Shown: positions 38,099 to 48,359, counted from the first letter of the stretch. The stretch: 64,000 nt of DNA from an uncultured Chloroflexia bacterium (GCA_963738925.1 CAVTYE010000002.1:526157-590156); one strand, 5' to 3'. Notes: a model not told the origin generated them from the letters alone. Numbers and translations: made by a program.

Positions 38099-38327
38099 GG
38101 TGGGTGGGGACTCCTTAAAAAAACAGACCGCTGGCCATTGCCCGGCAGTCTTGGATGAGTGAGGTTGTGTGCCGCAATTATAGGCCAGCATTCGCGGCCT
38201 GTAAAGCGCGGATTCCTGGCGGTTTTGCCTCACTATTCGCTGTGATAAGATACCGCTGACTCCGGACCAGCGCATCTCCGCGCACCCCTCCGGCGAGCGC
38301 CCGGCAGGAGCCAAAACAGCTACAAGA

Positions 38328-40549
38328 ATGCGACGATTCCCGCCCCGAGATGAGCCGCCCCAGCGGAGGCCGCGCCGCGATATGCCGCGCCCGGAAGGCC
38401 CCTTTGAGCGACTTCTTAGACAGAGGCCGCAGAGGGACCCGGCGCCTATCATTATCGGCGGCACGATCGCCTTCCTGGCTATCGTTATCGTCCTCGTCTT
38501 CGTCTTCTCGTCCGTGCTTGGCGGTGGCGGCGGCTCAAACGGCGGCACGGTCAACAACGGCGGCAACGGCGGGCAGTGTTCCAACCCGGCCCAGGGCATC
38601 AAGTACTGCCTGGCCACCACTCCCACACTCCCACCGGGCCTGACAGCCGCCTCCCACTTCTACGAGATCGAGACTGACACTCCGGGCGCCAGCGCCACCC
38701 TCAGCCTGCCGCTCCTGGAGGCCGCGCAGACGGACACGGGGCTCGGCTTTTACACCTACGTCGGCAAGCTCTGGCAGCGCATCCAGGACGTCACCCTCGG
38801 TGATGGCGGCACCCACGCCTCGGGAAACCTGCAGCCGCTGCCGGCCAACCTGGCCGTCCTCCGAGTCGGCCCGCAAACTTACACGGTGGCCGCCTCTCTG
38901 CCGAAGGGCGGCGCCCTGCACGCCGACGCCGGACAGGTCCAGATCATCAGCCCGCGTGACTACACGCCGCTCGCCGACGGCACGATCCAGGGCGACACGA
39001 CGGATGTCGGTGCACCCACAGGGCACGCTCATCATCCCGACGATCGTCGGCAGCGGCACCGACACTGCCTCGGTGGTCAACGACATCATCGTCAGACGAG
39101 ACGCTGCGCGCCACCGCACGTCCAGCAGATCGTCACGCTCGTCGCAGTCCGACAGCCTGGACGGCATCGACCTCGAGTACTCGTCGGTGGACGTCGACTC
39201 CGGGCCGCAGTTCACCACTTTCGTGACGGCGCTGGCCGGCGAGCTGCACCGGATCAACAAGCGGCTGATCCTGACCCTGCCGCCGCCGACCAACCAGCGC
39301 TCCGCCTACGAATGGGACAAGCTGGGCGAGCAGGCGGACTTCATCAAGGTGCTGCCGATCGCCGACCCGGTCTCGTACTGGGACGACGATGCCGAACTCC
39401 CTCTCGCAGATCGTTGAGCAGGTGAACCCGCACAAGATGCTGCTGGTGGTCAGCCCCTTCAGCATCCAGGGGTCCAGCGGCGAGGCGCCAGCCCATCGGC
39501 TACCTGCAGGCGATGGTGCTGGCCAGCACAGCGGTCATCCGCGACCCGATCGAACCCCGACGACATCAAGCCGGGCACCGACGTCAAGCTCGTCGCCAAG
39601 AACCTGGACGAGAGCGAGGGCGCGACCGCCAATGGCCTGGGACGAAGACTCGCTGACGGTCTCCTTCGCCCTGGGCGGTACCGAGCGTCAGCGCATCTAC
39701 ATTGAGAACTCGTACAGCGTCTCCTTCAAGCTGGAGCTGGTGCAGGCTTACGGGCTCGGCGGCCTGGCCGTCTCCGACGGGTCCGCCCAGTCGGACGTCG
39801 CCAACATCTGGCCCACCGTGCGGTCACTGGTCGACTCCGGCACCGTCACCCTGATGCGGCCCAACGACATCATGCTTCAGGTGAGCTGGCAGTCTCCGGA
39901 CGCCAGCATCGTCACCGAGCCCGGCGCCACGAACGCCACCTGGACGCCTCACGCCTCCGGCGAACAGCACGTTGAGCTGGTCGTGAGCGACGGCGAGCAC
40001 CGCTTCGGCCAGAGATCACGATCAACGTCGGTCAAGGCGGCGCTACGACCTCGCCTTCGCCGGTGCAGACGTTCGCGCCCTCGGAAACGGCGACGCCTGA
40101 GCCGACGCGATGTCGTGCCAGACCCCGGTCGAGGCGGTTCGGCGTAGAAGTTGGCAAGGTGGCCGAGGGTGACGATGACGGCTCAACCTACAGCAACGAC
40201 GAGGTCGTGACGCCCGGCTCCGACGTCACCTACCTGATCACCGATCGACAACGACAGCGACGTTCCGGTGACGATTACTTCGCTAGTCGACGACGTCTAC
40301 CCGGGCGCGGTCTGCCTGACCCAGGGCGGCGAGGACATCATCGGCACCGTGCTGGCCGCCGACGACGGCGACGCCTCGTTGGGCTTCGGCAACCTGGACG
40401 GCGGCGCGGACGAGATCTACTGCACCTTCGTCGAAGCCGCACCCAGCGACTCCGGCGTCACCCTCACCGACAACATCATCGTCAAGGTGGAAGACGACAA
40501 CGGCCACACCGCCACCGACACGGACGACGCGACGGTCACCACGAGCTGA
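38328..40549 (+). pseudogene. Membrane-anchored GH18 (chitinase-like) domain protein with a C-terminal Ig/DUF11-like domain, broken by multiple frame changes
   Basis: Protein-like segments hop between ORFs 38328.. (frame 0), 38800.. (frame 1, with the motif DGIDLEY), 39389.. (frame 2), 40063.. (frame 1) and 40268..40549 (frame 2). It has an Arg-rich N-terminus and one TM helix. Confidence 0.7.
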
Positions 40550-40558
40550 GATCCTGGT

Positions 40559-41135
40559 GTGCGAGTGATAGCCGGCAGCGCCAAGGGCCGACACCTCAAG
40601 GGGCCACCGCGCCAGGCCGACGCCCGCCCCAGCTCAGACATGGTCCGCGGAGCGCTCTTCTCCGCGCTGGACGCCCTAGACGCAGACTTCTCCCGCGTCC
40701 TCGATCTCTACGCAGGCACCGGGGCGCTCGGCATCGAAGCGCTGAGCCGGGGAGCGGACTGGTGCGACTTCGTGGAGCGCGACCGCGGGATGGCGGAAGT
40801 GATCCGGGAGAACCTGAGGCTGACCGGCTTCGAAGGCGGCGTCGAAGGTGCACACGCTGGCCGCGGAGCGCGCGATCAAGCAGCTGGGCGAGCCGTACAC
40901 GCTGGTGCTGGCCGACCCGCCCTACGCCGACAGCGGCGCCCTGGCCGTCTTGCAAACACTGGCGGGATCGCCGCTGGCCTGCGACGATACGATAATCGTG
41001 CTGGAGCACAGCGCGCGCGACGAGCCGCCGGGAGACCTCGGCCGGTTCTGCCTGGGGCGCGTCCTCCGGCACGGCGATAGCGCTGTCTCGATCTACTGTC
41101 CGCCCGCTGGCGGCCCGACGGGAGGTGAGCCTTGA
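40559..41135 (+). pseudogene. rsmD: 16S rRNA (guanine966-N2)-methyltransferase RsmD, interrupted by a 1-nt frame break near 40845
   Basis: The N-terminal part (RPSSDMVRGALFSAL, LDLYAGTGALGIEALSRG) is in ORF 40559... The C-terminal part (LVLADPPY...) is in ORF 40848..41135. Its stop overlaps the coaD start. Confidence 0.85.
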
Positions 41136-41617
41136 TAACCGCGGTCTACCCCGGCCGGTTCGATCCGGTCACGAATGGGCATATCGACATAACGCTGCGC
41201 ACGGCCAGTATGTTCGAGCGCGTCGTCGTCGCTGTCTACGACCTGGAGAACGCCAAGTCCCTCTTCACCACCCAGGAGCGGGTCGAGATGTTCCGCGAAG
41301 CCGTGAAGAAGTACGACAATATCGAAGTGAAGGGGTTCACCGGGCTAGTCGTGGACTTCGCCCGAAAAGAGCAGGCCAAAGTGCTCGTCCGCGGCATCCG
41401 CGCCGTCACGGACTTCGAGGCGGAGCTGGACATGGCTCTGATGAACAAGAAGATGGCCCCGGAGATCGAGTCCGTCTACCTGATGGCCAGCCTGGAGCAC
41501 CTCTACGTCAGCGGCCACCGCATCCGCGAGGTCTCGAACCTGGGATACGACGTTGGGGAGCTGGTGCCCGGCCACGTCCTGACAGCTCTCGAGAGGAAGT
41601 TCGGCAAGGGCAAGTAG
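41132..41617 (+). CDS. coaD: Pantetheine-phosphate adenylyltransferase
   Basis: AVYPGRFDPVTNGHID, an RGIRAVTDFE motif; 161 aa. Confidence 0.93.
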   Translation: MITAVYPGRFDPVTNGHIDITLRTASMFERVVVAVYDLENAKSLFTTQERVEMFREAVKKYDNIEVKGFTGLVVDFARKEQAKVLVRGIRAVTDFEAELDMALMNKKMAPEIESVYLMASLEHLYVSGHRIREVSNLGYDVGELVPGHVLTALERKFGKGK

Positions 41618-41618
41618 C

Positions 41619-42149
41619 GTGGACATTCTCCATCTCATCGACCGGCTGGAAGAGATCGCGGCGGAGGCCCGGCGTCTGCCCGTGGGCGGAGGCGTCGTCG
41701 TCCAGCGCCAGCGCATCCTCGACCTCGTCGACCGCATGCGGGTCGCCGTCCCGCGCGAGGTCTACGACGCCCGCGAGCTGCTGGAGAACCGCGACGAGGT
41801 GATCCGCGACGGCGAGCGCAAGGCCGCGGAGCTCCTGGAGAACGCCCACGAAGAGCTGGAGCGCCGGCTCGTCCAGACTGAGCTCGTCAAGGCAGCGCAG
41901 GAGCGGGCTCGCGAGATCGTGGAGGAGGGCGAGGCGCGCCGGCGGCAGCTTCTCACCGATGCCGAAGAGCAGGCGCGCGGCCGCCTCGACGAGGCACAGC
42001 AGACATCCCGCAACGAGATGCGGGAGGCCGATGTCTACGCGCTACAGACGCTGCGCCGCCTGGAAGAGGAGCTGGAAGGCTTCCTGAACACTGTCCGCAA
42101 CGGCGTCGATGCCCTGGAGCAGCGCGCCGCCGACCGCCCCCGCAGCTAG
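41619..42149 (+). CDS. Hypothetical Glu/Arg-rich coiled-coil protein
   Basis: 176-aa ORF starting 2 nt after coaD. It has heptad-like charged repeats, and I recognise no enzymatic motif. Confidence 0.6.
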   Translation: MDILHLIDRLEEIAAEARRLPVGGGVVVQRQRILDLVDRMRVAVPREVYDARELLENRDEVIRDGERKAAELLENAHEELERRLVQTELVKAAQERAREIVEEGEARRRQLLTDAEEQARGRLDEAQQTSRNEMREADVYALQTLRRLEEELEGFLNTVRNGVDALEQRAADRPRS

Positions 42150-44122
42150 CGCTCGGCGAACTCTCGCTCTCTGAGGCGGCTGATCACGATCGCTACCCCC
42201 AGGACCACGGCCAGCAAGGTGAGGAACCCCGCCACGACCAGCAGCCGCCGGTAGGCCACCGACGAGGCGTCGTCGATCAGATCGACTGCGTGCTGGGAGT
42301 GCTGCCGGGAGAGATCGAAGTCGCCGTTGGAGAATGCCGCCTCAGCGCTGTGCAGGGCGCCATCCGGGTCGCTGCCGAGAAGCCCGAACTTCTTCCAGAT
42401 ACCGCGCGGCGCATCCACGGCCTGCTGCGCGGCCACGTAGGCGAGCGCGGCCTGATTCGCCGCGTCGATGGCCGGCGTCACGCTGTCGAAATCGAAGTGG
42501 TTGAGCTTGTCGGTGAGGCCGTCGGGCAGCGTCAGGCCTGCCGCCGCCGACTGCCTCTCCAGGTCGTCGAGCTGTTGCCTCAGGTCAGCGTAGGTGTCGA
42601 GTCCCTCGTCGGCCTGGTCCAGCGCGGCGAGCGCGGTCGCAAAATCCCAGTCGCGGATGCTCGCCGCTATCGGGGTGGCCACGTCGTCAGGCAGCCCGGC
42701 ATCGCTCAACCGGGAGCGCAGGTCAGCCAGCCGGCCGATCGCTGTGCGCCGGTTGGCCAGCGTCTGGCGAGCAGAGTCGGGGAAGACCCAGGTCAGGAAG
42801 AGGCTGTCCAGATTCTGAGCCGTCGCTCCTTCCAGCACGTTCATGAACTCCTGGCTATCGGCGGGGCTGCCGCTGGTGGCGATGTTGCGGTTGACGGCCT
42901 GCAGCGCCTCCAGCCCGAAACGGTCGCGCAACGTCTGCAGGAAGCGGAAGGAGAAGGTGTACCCGGCGGCCTCGATTTCGATCCGCGAGGCGTCGGCGCC
43001 AAGGAGCGAGGTGGCGTCGCCCCAATCGTCCAGCGCCAGGGTGATCCCCGGGTCCGAGCGTACCGGCGCATCGCCGACTACGAGCCCGGCCGGCAGCTGC
43101 GGCCCCACCGTCTCCGCCACGAACTCGGCGAACCCCTCCGAGAGCCACCGCCTGGCGTAGATGCTGGACCACATATGGGACAGCTCGTGGAGGAGCGTGT
43201 AGTCACCCGCCACCGGTGAGATCACGATGTCGCAGGAGAGGCCCTCCGTGCAGGACGCCACGCCTTCGTAACCGAGCGACGACTGGCGGCCGCCCTGGAC
43301 GATGTTCACCGCCGCGGGTCCGTCGTAAGCGAACCCGTAGACCTCTTCGATCACCGGCAGGCCGGCCGCGATCAGGTCCTGCTCGTGCTGGGCGGCGGCG
43401 TCTTCGCCCTCAAGGTAGGTCAGCGTGACGTTGACGGTCTTGTCCTTCAGCGCCACGTCGAACTGGGTGGACGCGACGGCCCCCGGCTGGCTAACCTCGA
43501 CCAACGCCGCCAGGTAGGTCTTGCGGTCGCTCTGGCAGGTGAAGGTGTTGTCGGTGCGGGGGCAGTCCGCCGCCTCGATGTCCGTCATCCAGACGCCGTC
43601 CGGCGGTGTATTCACGGTGACGGTGGCCTGGTCGCCCGCCGCGATCGCCGGGATGTAGACGTAGTGCGGCGTTACGAGCACACCTTCGGAGCGGGCGTTG
43701 GTGAGCTGGTAGGTGAGCCGGAAGGAGTAGGTCTGGCCGAAGAAGAGGCGGCGGGCGAAGGAAATCACCGCGCCTTCATCGACGCTGGAGCCACCGGGGT
43801 CATCGACCGTAACAGGCAGCCCGTAGCCGGCGGTATCGGTCGCGACCAGGGTCTTGGCCCCGCGCAGGACCGGCAGCTCGAACTGGTAGTAGTAGGGCAC
43901 CGAGCCGCCGTGCGTGAGGTCGGTCGCCGGGTCGTTGTCAGTCAGGACGACGTCCCAGGTGACACCCACCGTGCCGTCGCCCGCGGTCTGCACATCGTAG
44001 ACGACGGTGGAGGTGACCTCCAGCGCTCCCGGCTCGTCCTCGGCGGCCGCCGGAGACGTCTGCACGAGGAGCACGCCAGCCAGGACCGCGGCTGCCAACG
44101 CCATCGGTAGGCGTACGTGCAT
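42146..44122 (-). CDS. Secreted, C-terminally membrane-anchored putative zinc metallopeptidase (HExxH)
   Basis: It has a signal peptide (MALAAAVLAGVLLVQTSPAAA), LLHELSHMW with a downstream E (WLSEGFAEF) as in gluzincin/M1-like folds, and a C-terminal TM helix plus a basic tail. Confidence 0.6.
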   Translation of the reverse strand: MHVRLPMALAAAVLAGVLLVQTSPAAAEDEPGALEVTSTVVYDVQTAGDGTVGVTWDVVLTDNDPATDLTHGGSVPYYYQFELPVLRGAKTLVATDTAGYGLPVTVDDPGGSSVDEGAVISFARRLFFGQTYSFRLTYQLTNARSEGVLVTPHYVYIPAIAAGDQATVTVNTPPDGVWMTDIEAADCPRTDNTFTCQSDRKTYLAALVEVSQPGAVASTQFDVALKDKTVNVTLTYLEGEDAAAQHEQDLIAAGLPVIEEVYGFAYDGPAAVNIVQGGRQSSLGYEGVASCTEGLSCDIVISPVAGDYTLLHELSHMWSSIYARRWLSEGFAEFVAETVGPQLPAGLVVGDAPVRSDPGITLALDDWGDATSLLGADASRIEIEAAGYTFSFRFLQTLRDRFGLEALQAVNRNIATSGSPADSQEFMNVLEGATAQNLDSLFLTWVFPDSARQTLANRRTAIGRLADLRSRLSDAGLPDDVATPIAASIRDWDFATALAALDQADEGLDTYADLRQQLDDLERQSAAAGLTLPDGLTDKLNHFDFDSVTPAIDAANQAALAYVAAQQAVDAPRGIWKKFGLLGSDPDGALHSAEAAFSNGDFDLSRQHSQHAVDLIDDASSVAYRRLLVVAGFLTLLAVVLGVAIVISRLREREFAER

Positions 44123-44124
44123 TG

Positions 44125-44631
44125 TTACTCCTCGGTTGAAGATTCGGGCAGGAGTTCCAGCTCTTCGTCTTCAAAGAGCTCCGGCTGGAAGAGCCGCTGG
44201 ATGGCGTCGAGCGCATGGTTCAGGCCGCCTTCCTGGTGGTTGGCCCAGAAGAACATCGAGACCACCCTGCCTCTCAGGCCCCGGGCGGTCGCCCGCGCGG
44301 TGATCGTGACCTCCGACTCCTGGTCGGAGATGGCGCGCACCTGGAAGACGTGCGACTCCAGCGTTATCGAATACAGCTCGTGCGCCGCGTGGACGGGGCA
44401 GAAGGCGATGCGCTCGGGTGCGGACCAGTCGCAGATCTCGAACTCGAAAAAGTCGTCGCCGCCTTCCATTTTGGCGCGGAACCTGGTGCCGACGCCGTGG
44501 GTCTGGGCAGACGTCATCTCGATTTCTGTCCAGGCGCGGTTCCAGCGGTCGGCGTGCTCCACGTCCGAAAGCAGCGCCCAGAGCTGGGCCTGGGACGCCC
44601 CGATGATGCGGGAGACCTTGGTTGTTGGCAT
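44125..44631 (-). CDS. SRPBCC-family (START/polyketide cyclase-like) protein
   Basis: I chose the start at ATG 44631 (MPTTKVSRIIGASQAQLWALLSDVE.ADRWN). The pattern is typical of the SRPBCC N-terminus. Confidence 0.7.
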   Translation of the reverse strand: MPTTKVSRIIGASQAQLWALLSDVEHADRWNRAWTEIEMTSAQTHGVGTRFRAKMEGGDDFFEFEICDWSAPERIAFCPVHAAHELYSITLESHVFQVRAISDQESEVTITARATARGLRGRVVSMFFWANHQEGGLNHALDAIQRLFQPELFEDEELELLPESSTEE

Positions 44632-44744
44632 GTTCAGGCTGCGCGAGCGGGGCGCAGTCGTCGAAGGCCGGACAGCGTGGGCATACATCCAGTTTAACGG
44701 ATGGCACCCGCCGTCGGTTCCGGGCGGCTGCGAACTTCGCGCCG

Positions 44745-45071
44745 CTACATGCTCTTGAGCTGCTTGGCCATCTCTCCGTCAACCTTCAGACGGTGGTCGA
44801 ACGACTCGAGAGGGACGATATCGATGTCGCAGACGCCCCAGATCTGGAGGGTCCGTAGCAGGTCGCCCAACTGCTCGTGGGAATCGGCGTCGACAATGAA
44901 GGCTGCGCCCCGGCGGCCGGCCAGAACTCCGCCCATGGCTTTGCCGGCCTTCTGCCATTCTCCGAGCGTCTTGATGCTGGGAAGGACGGCGTTCTCCAGA
45001 AGCGCGGCCATCTCCTTCGGCATCGCTGGCTCGCCCGAATCGATATGCTCCATCGTAACGAGAAATCGCAT
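44745..45071 (-). CDS. Muconolactone delta-isomerase-like (dimeric alpha/beta barrel) protein
   Basis: I chose the start at ATG 45071 (MRFLVTMEH...). The roughly 108-aa length and the pattern resemble MIase-family proteins. Confidence 0.55.
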   Translation of the reverse strand: MRFLVTMEHIDSGEPAMPKEMAALLENAVLPSIKTLGEWQKAGKAMGGVLAGRRGAAFIVDADSHEQLGDLLRTLQIWGVCDIDIVPLESFDHRLKVDGEMAKQLKSM

Positions 45072-45151
45072 AGCACTACCTCCGCAAAATGTGTTGGTCA
45101 TCCGTAGACTACGACGCGTGCGGAAGCAAGCTCAAGCCCGGTGAGCCGGCC

Positions 45152-47614
45152 TCAGACGACGATGCTGACGAGCTTGCCGGGGACGTAGACGACCTTCTTC
45201 GGCTCCTTGCCATCCAGGTGCCGTTTGACAGCCTCACTGGCCAGCGCCAGGGCCCGGGCGTCCGCCTCCGAGATGTCGGCCGCGGCGGTGATGCGGTCTC
45301 GCACCTTGCCATTGACCTGGACCACCAGGGTGATCTCGTCTTCGCGGGCCAGCGCGTCGTCTGCGACCGGCCAGCGCTGCCGGTGGACGCTGTACGGCCG
45401 CCCCGTGCGCGACCACAGCTCCTCGGTGATGTGCGGGGCGAGCGGCGCCGCCATTAGCAGCATCTTCTCGATCGCCTCCTGCCAGGCGTCGCGGTCGACG
45501 GGGCCGGCTTCGCGGGCGCGGGAGAGACCGTTCGCCATCTCCATCAGCGCGGCGATGGCGGTGTTCCAGCGGAAGTTTTCGCAGTGGTCGGTCACGCGGC
45601 GCACGGTCTGGTGGGTGAGCCGCCGCATCTCGCGGACGGCGCCGGCGTCCTCTTGCCCGAAGCTCGGCTCGGAGATGGCCAGGTTCCACAGCCGGTGCAG
45701 CCAGCGCTCGACGCCGCTGATGCCGTCCAGCCGGAAGGGACCGCCCTCTTCCCACGGGCCGATGAACATCAGGTAGCAGCGGAACGTGTCTGCGCCGTAC
45801 TGGGCCACCTGCTTGTCCGGCGGCACGACGTTTCCGCGCGACTTGGACATGCGTTGCCCGTCCGGCCCCAGGATCTGCCCCTGGTTGAAAAGCCGCAGGA
45901 ACGGTTCCGGCCCGCTAACGACGCCGATGTCCCGCATCACCTTCCAGAAGAAGCGCGCGTAAAGCAGGTGCATGACGGCGTGCTCTGCGCCTCCGGTGTA
46001 CTGATCGACGGGGAGCCAGCGCCTGGCCACGTCAGGGTCGACGGCCGCGGCGCTGTACTGCGGGCTCAGGTAGCGCACGAAGTACCAGTTGGAGTCCATG
46101 AACGTGTCCATCGTGTCCGTCTCGCGCTTGGCGGGGCCACCGCACTTCGGACAGGTCGTGTTCACGAACCCTTCGTGGCGGGCCAGCGGCGATTTGCCGG
46201 TCGGCAGGAACTCTGCGTCGTCCGGTAGGACGACGGGCAGCTGGTCCTCCGGCACCGGAACGATGCCGTCCTTCTCGCAGTAGATCATCGGGATCGGGGT
46301 GCCCCAGGAGCGCTGCCGCGAGATCAGCCAGTCGCGGATGCGGTACGTGATCGTGCGCTGGCCCCAGCCCTGCTTTTCGGCGAAGTCGATGATGGCGCGC
46401 TTGCCGTCCTCGTTGGACATGCCGTCGAACTGGCCGGAGTTCACCATCGTGCCGGGGTCGGTGTAGGCTTCGGCCAACGGCTCGCCATTCCAGTCCGGCG
46501 GCGCGATCACGACCGGGCACTCCAGCCCGAACTTCTTCGCGAACTCGAAGTCGCGTTCGTCGTGGGCCGGCACGCCCATGACAGCGCCGGTGCCGTACCA
46601 GAGGAGCGCGTAGTCGGCGATCCAGATCTGCACCTGGCGGCCGTTGAAACGGTTGGTGCAGGTGGCGCCGGTGAAGACTCCGGTCTTCTCGCGCTCGGTG
46701 CTGGTGCGCTCGATCTCGGTCTGGTGGCGGGCGAAGTCGACATAAGCCTCGACTTCGGCGCGCTGCTCGGGTGTTGTGATCTGCTCGACCAGCGGGTGCT
46801 CCGGGGCGAGGACCATGAACGTGACGCCAAAGATCGTGTCGGGGCGCGTGGTGAAGACGCGGATCGATTTCTGGTCGACGCCGGGCACGTCCAGGCCGAA
46901 CTCGACCTCGAGACCCTCGGAGCGGCCGATCCAGTTCGTCTGCATCGTCACGATTGGGGCGGGCCACTCCATGTGGCTGAAGTCCAGCAGTTCGTCGGCG
47001 TATTCGCGGATGCGGAAGAACCACTGCTCCAGGTCTTTCTGGATGACGGCCGCGCCGCAGCGTTCGCAGTGGCCGTTGACGACCTGCTCATTGGCCAGCA
47101 CCGTCTGGTCCTGCGGGCACCAGTTGGCGGGGGCCAGCTTCCGGTAGGCCAGGCCGCGCTCGTGCATCTTCAGGAAGAACCACTGGTTCCAGCGGTAGTA
47201 CTCTGGGTCCGCAGAGATCACCTCCGCTGACCAGTCGAACATCGCGCCCATGCTCTTCAGCTGTCCGCGCATCCGGTCGATGTTCTCGTACGTCCATGTG
47301 CGGGGGTGGATGCCGCGCTGGATCGCTGCGTTCTCCGCCGGCAGGCCGAAGGCGTCGAAGCCTATCGGGAAGAAGACGTTCTTGCCGTGCATCCGCTGGT
47401 AGCGCGCGGCCGTGTCCGAAGGCGCCATGGCGTACCAGTGCCCCACGTGCAACTCTCCGGACGTATACGGCAACATCGTCAGGGCGTACCACTTCTCGGC
47501 CTTGGCGCTGAGGTCAGTCGTGTACAGGCCGTCGTCGGCCCAGCGTTCCTGCCACTTCTTCTCGACCGCCGCGGCGTCGTAGCGTTCGGTCTTTGCGTCT
47601 GTCTTCTGCTCCAT
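45152..47614 (-). CDS. leuS: Leucine--tRNA ligase
   Basis: 820 aa with a HIGH-type motif (PYTSGELHVGH), a KMSKS motif (QRMSKSRGN), and a CP1 editing domain. Confidence 0.95.
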   Translation of the reverse strand: MEQKTDAKTERYDAAAVEKKWQERWADDGLYTTDLSAKAEKWYALTMLPYTSGELHVGHWYAMAPSDTAARYQRMHGKNVFFPIGFDAFGLPAENAAIQRGIHPRTWTYENIDRMRGQLKSMGAMFDWSAEVISADPEYYRWNQWFFLKMHERGLAYRKLAPANWCPQDQTVLANEQVVNGHCERCGAAVIQKDLEQWFFRIREYADELLDFSHMEWPAPIVTMQTNWIGRSEGLEVEFGLDVPGVDQKSIRVFTTRPDTIFGVTFMVLAPEHPLVEQITTPEQRAEVEAYVDFARHQTEIERTSTEREKTGVFTGATCTNRFNGRQVQIWIADYALLWYGTGAVMGVPAHDERDFEFAKKFGLECPVVIAPPDWNGEPLAEAYTDPGTMVNSGQFDGMSNEDGKRAIIDFAEKQGWGQRTITYRIRDWLISRQRSWGTPIPMIYCEKDGIVPVPEDQLPVVLPDDAEFLPTGKSPLARHEGFVNTTCPKCGGPAKRETDTMDTFMDSNWYFVRYLSPQYSAAAVDPDVARRWLPVDQYTGGAEHAVMHLLYARFFWKVMRDIGVVSGPEPFLRLFNQGQILGPDGQRMSKSRGNVVPPDKQVAQYGADTFRCYLMFIGPWEEGGPFRLDGISGVERWLHRLWNLAISEPSFGQEDAGAVREMRRLTHQTVRRVTDHCENFRWNTAIAALMEMANGLSRAREAGPVDRDAWQEAIEKMLLMAAPLAPHITEELWSRTGRPYSVHRQRWPVADDALAREDEITLVVQVNGKVRDRITAAADISEADARALALASEAVKRHLDGKEPKKVVYVPGKLVSIVV

Positions 47615-47625
47615 CGTTCGCCTCG

Positions 47626-48114
47626 CTATTTCCTGTCGTCGCGGGGTAATGGCCGGTTGTCTTCGTCTTCGCGCAGGGACAGGCCCATGCTGCGAAGGGC
47701 GCCGTCGATCCGCGTCGTCAGCGGCCTGGCCTCAAGCAGTAAGACCACAAAGGCGGCGGCCGGGACCGCCACGACGTAGAGCGACAGTCCAACCGCCATG
47801 CCGATGGCGGCGGCCGCCCAGATGGTGGCAGCGGTGGTCATCCCGTGGATGCTGCCTTCTTCGCGCATGATCACGCCCGCGCCCAGGAAGCCGATGCCGA
47901 CGACGATGTTGGACGCCACCCGGGAGGTCGCCTCGTCACCGAAGAGTACGGAAGCGTTGGTGAACAGCGCCGCGCCGACGGCCACGATGGCGATGGTGCG
48001 GACGCCCGCGGGGTAGCCCCGCACTTCCCGCTCCAGGCCGATGAACGCGCCGAGTCCGCCGGCTATCAGGAGCCGGGACAGAATGTGCAGCTGTTCCGTC
48101 GTCGATACGTCCAT
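47626..48114 (-). CDS. MgtC/SapB-family membrane protein
   Basis: 162 aa. LLIAGGLGAFIGLEREVRGYPAGVRT and GIGFLGAGVIMRE are MgtC-family signatures. The leuS SD lies within its 3' end. Confidence 0.85.
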   Translation of the reverse strand: MDVSTTEQLHILSRLLIAGGLGAFIGLEREVRGYPAGVRTIAIVAVGAALFTNASVLFGDEATSRVASNIVVGIGFLGAGVIMREEGSIHGMTTAATIWAAAAIGMAVGLSLYVVAVPAAAFVVLLLEARPLTTRIDGALRSMGLSLREDEDNRPLPRDDRK

Positions 48115-48139
48115 GTCTCCTCATCTTCCGCCGGGAACG

Positions 48140-48169
48140 AAAAAACCCTCCGTCCACAGGGACGGAGGG
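48140..48169 (-). terminator. Intrinsic terminator (expression platform of the T-box leader)
   Basis: On the minus strand: CCCTCCGTCC-CTGT-GGACGGAGGG followed by TTTTTT, about 25 nt upstream of the mgtC-family ATG. Confidence 0.85.
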
Positions 48170-48359
48170 CCAAGCCTTCCGCGGTACCACCCTGGTTCCT
48201 CGCCTTGCGGCGAGACACTTCGGGGCGCTGTAACGGGCGCTTCCCCGTCGCCGGCTTGGTCCCGGCGAGGCTCCGGTGCGAGTTCAGGCGGGCTGCCGGC
48301 TTGCAGCAACCGCCGGCTCTCTGCGCTGGGTGGCCCTACTACTCACCTTCGCGGCCTTC
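48140..48359 (-). promoter_or_regulatory. T-box riboswitch leader, specifier CUC (Leu)
   Basis: In canonical order on the minus strand: the Stem I base with an AGUA/GAA specifier loop; the AGAGAG box (48317-48322); GAA-CUC-G (CUC at 48280-48282); the F-box CCGTTA (48231-48236); a GCAA-capped stem; the T-box core AGGGTGGTACCGCG (48180-48193); and the terminator. Confidence 0.85.

Noticed and set aside
37760-38626. The 288-aa ORF extending greA upstream to 38626, and the 451-aa ORF 19191..20546 extending the VOC gene.
   Set aside because: The extensions are compositionally junk and overlap neighbouring genes or promoter regions. Internal ATGs (38098 and 19934) coincide with the conserved family N-termini.
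39080-39140. A possible additional triplet of +1 frameshifts in the GH18-like gene. The alternative frames read DETLRA and HVQQIVTLV, which is GH18-like just before DGIDLEY.
   Set aside because: Frame 1 is continuously open here, so the shifts are not required by the sequence. The similarity is too short to assert and is mentioned only as a possibility.
48140-48359. I first read the structured leader upstream of the MgtC-family gene as a Mg2+ M-box (ykoK) riboswitch, because of the gene context and an AGGUGAG segment.
   Set aside because: The element contains the diagnostic T-box core GGGUGGUACCGCG, the F-box CCGUUA, an AGAGA box and a GAA-CUC specifier loop in canonical order. The M-box similarities were short and not collinear.
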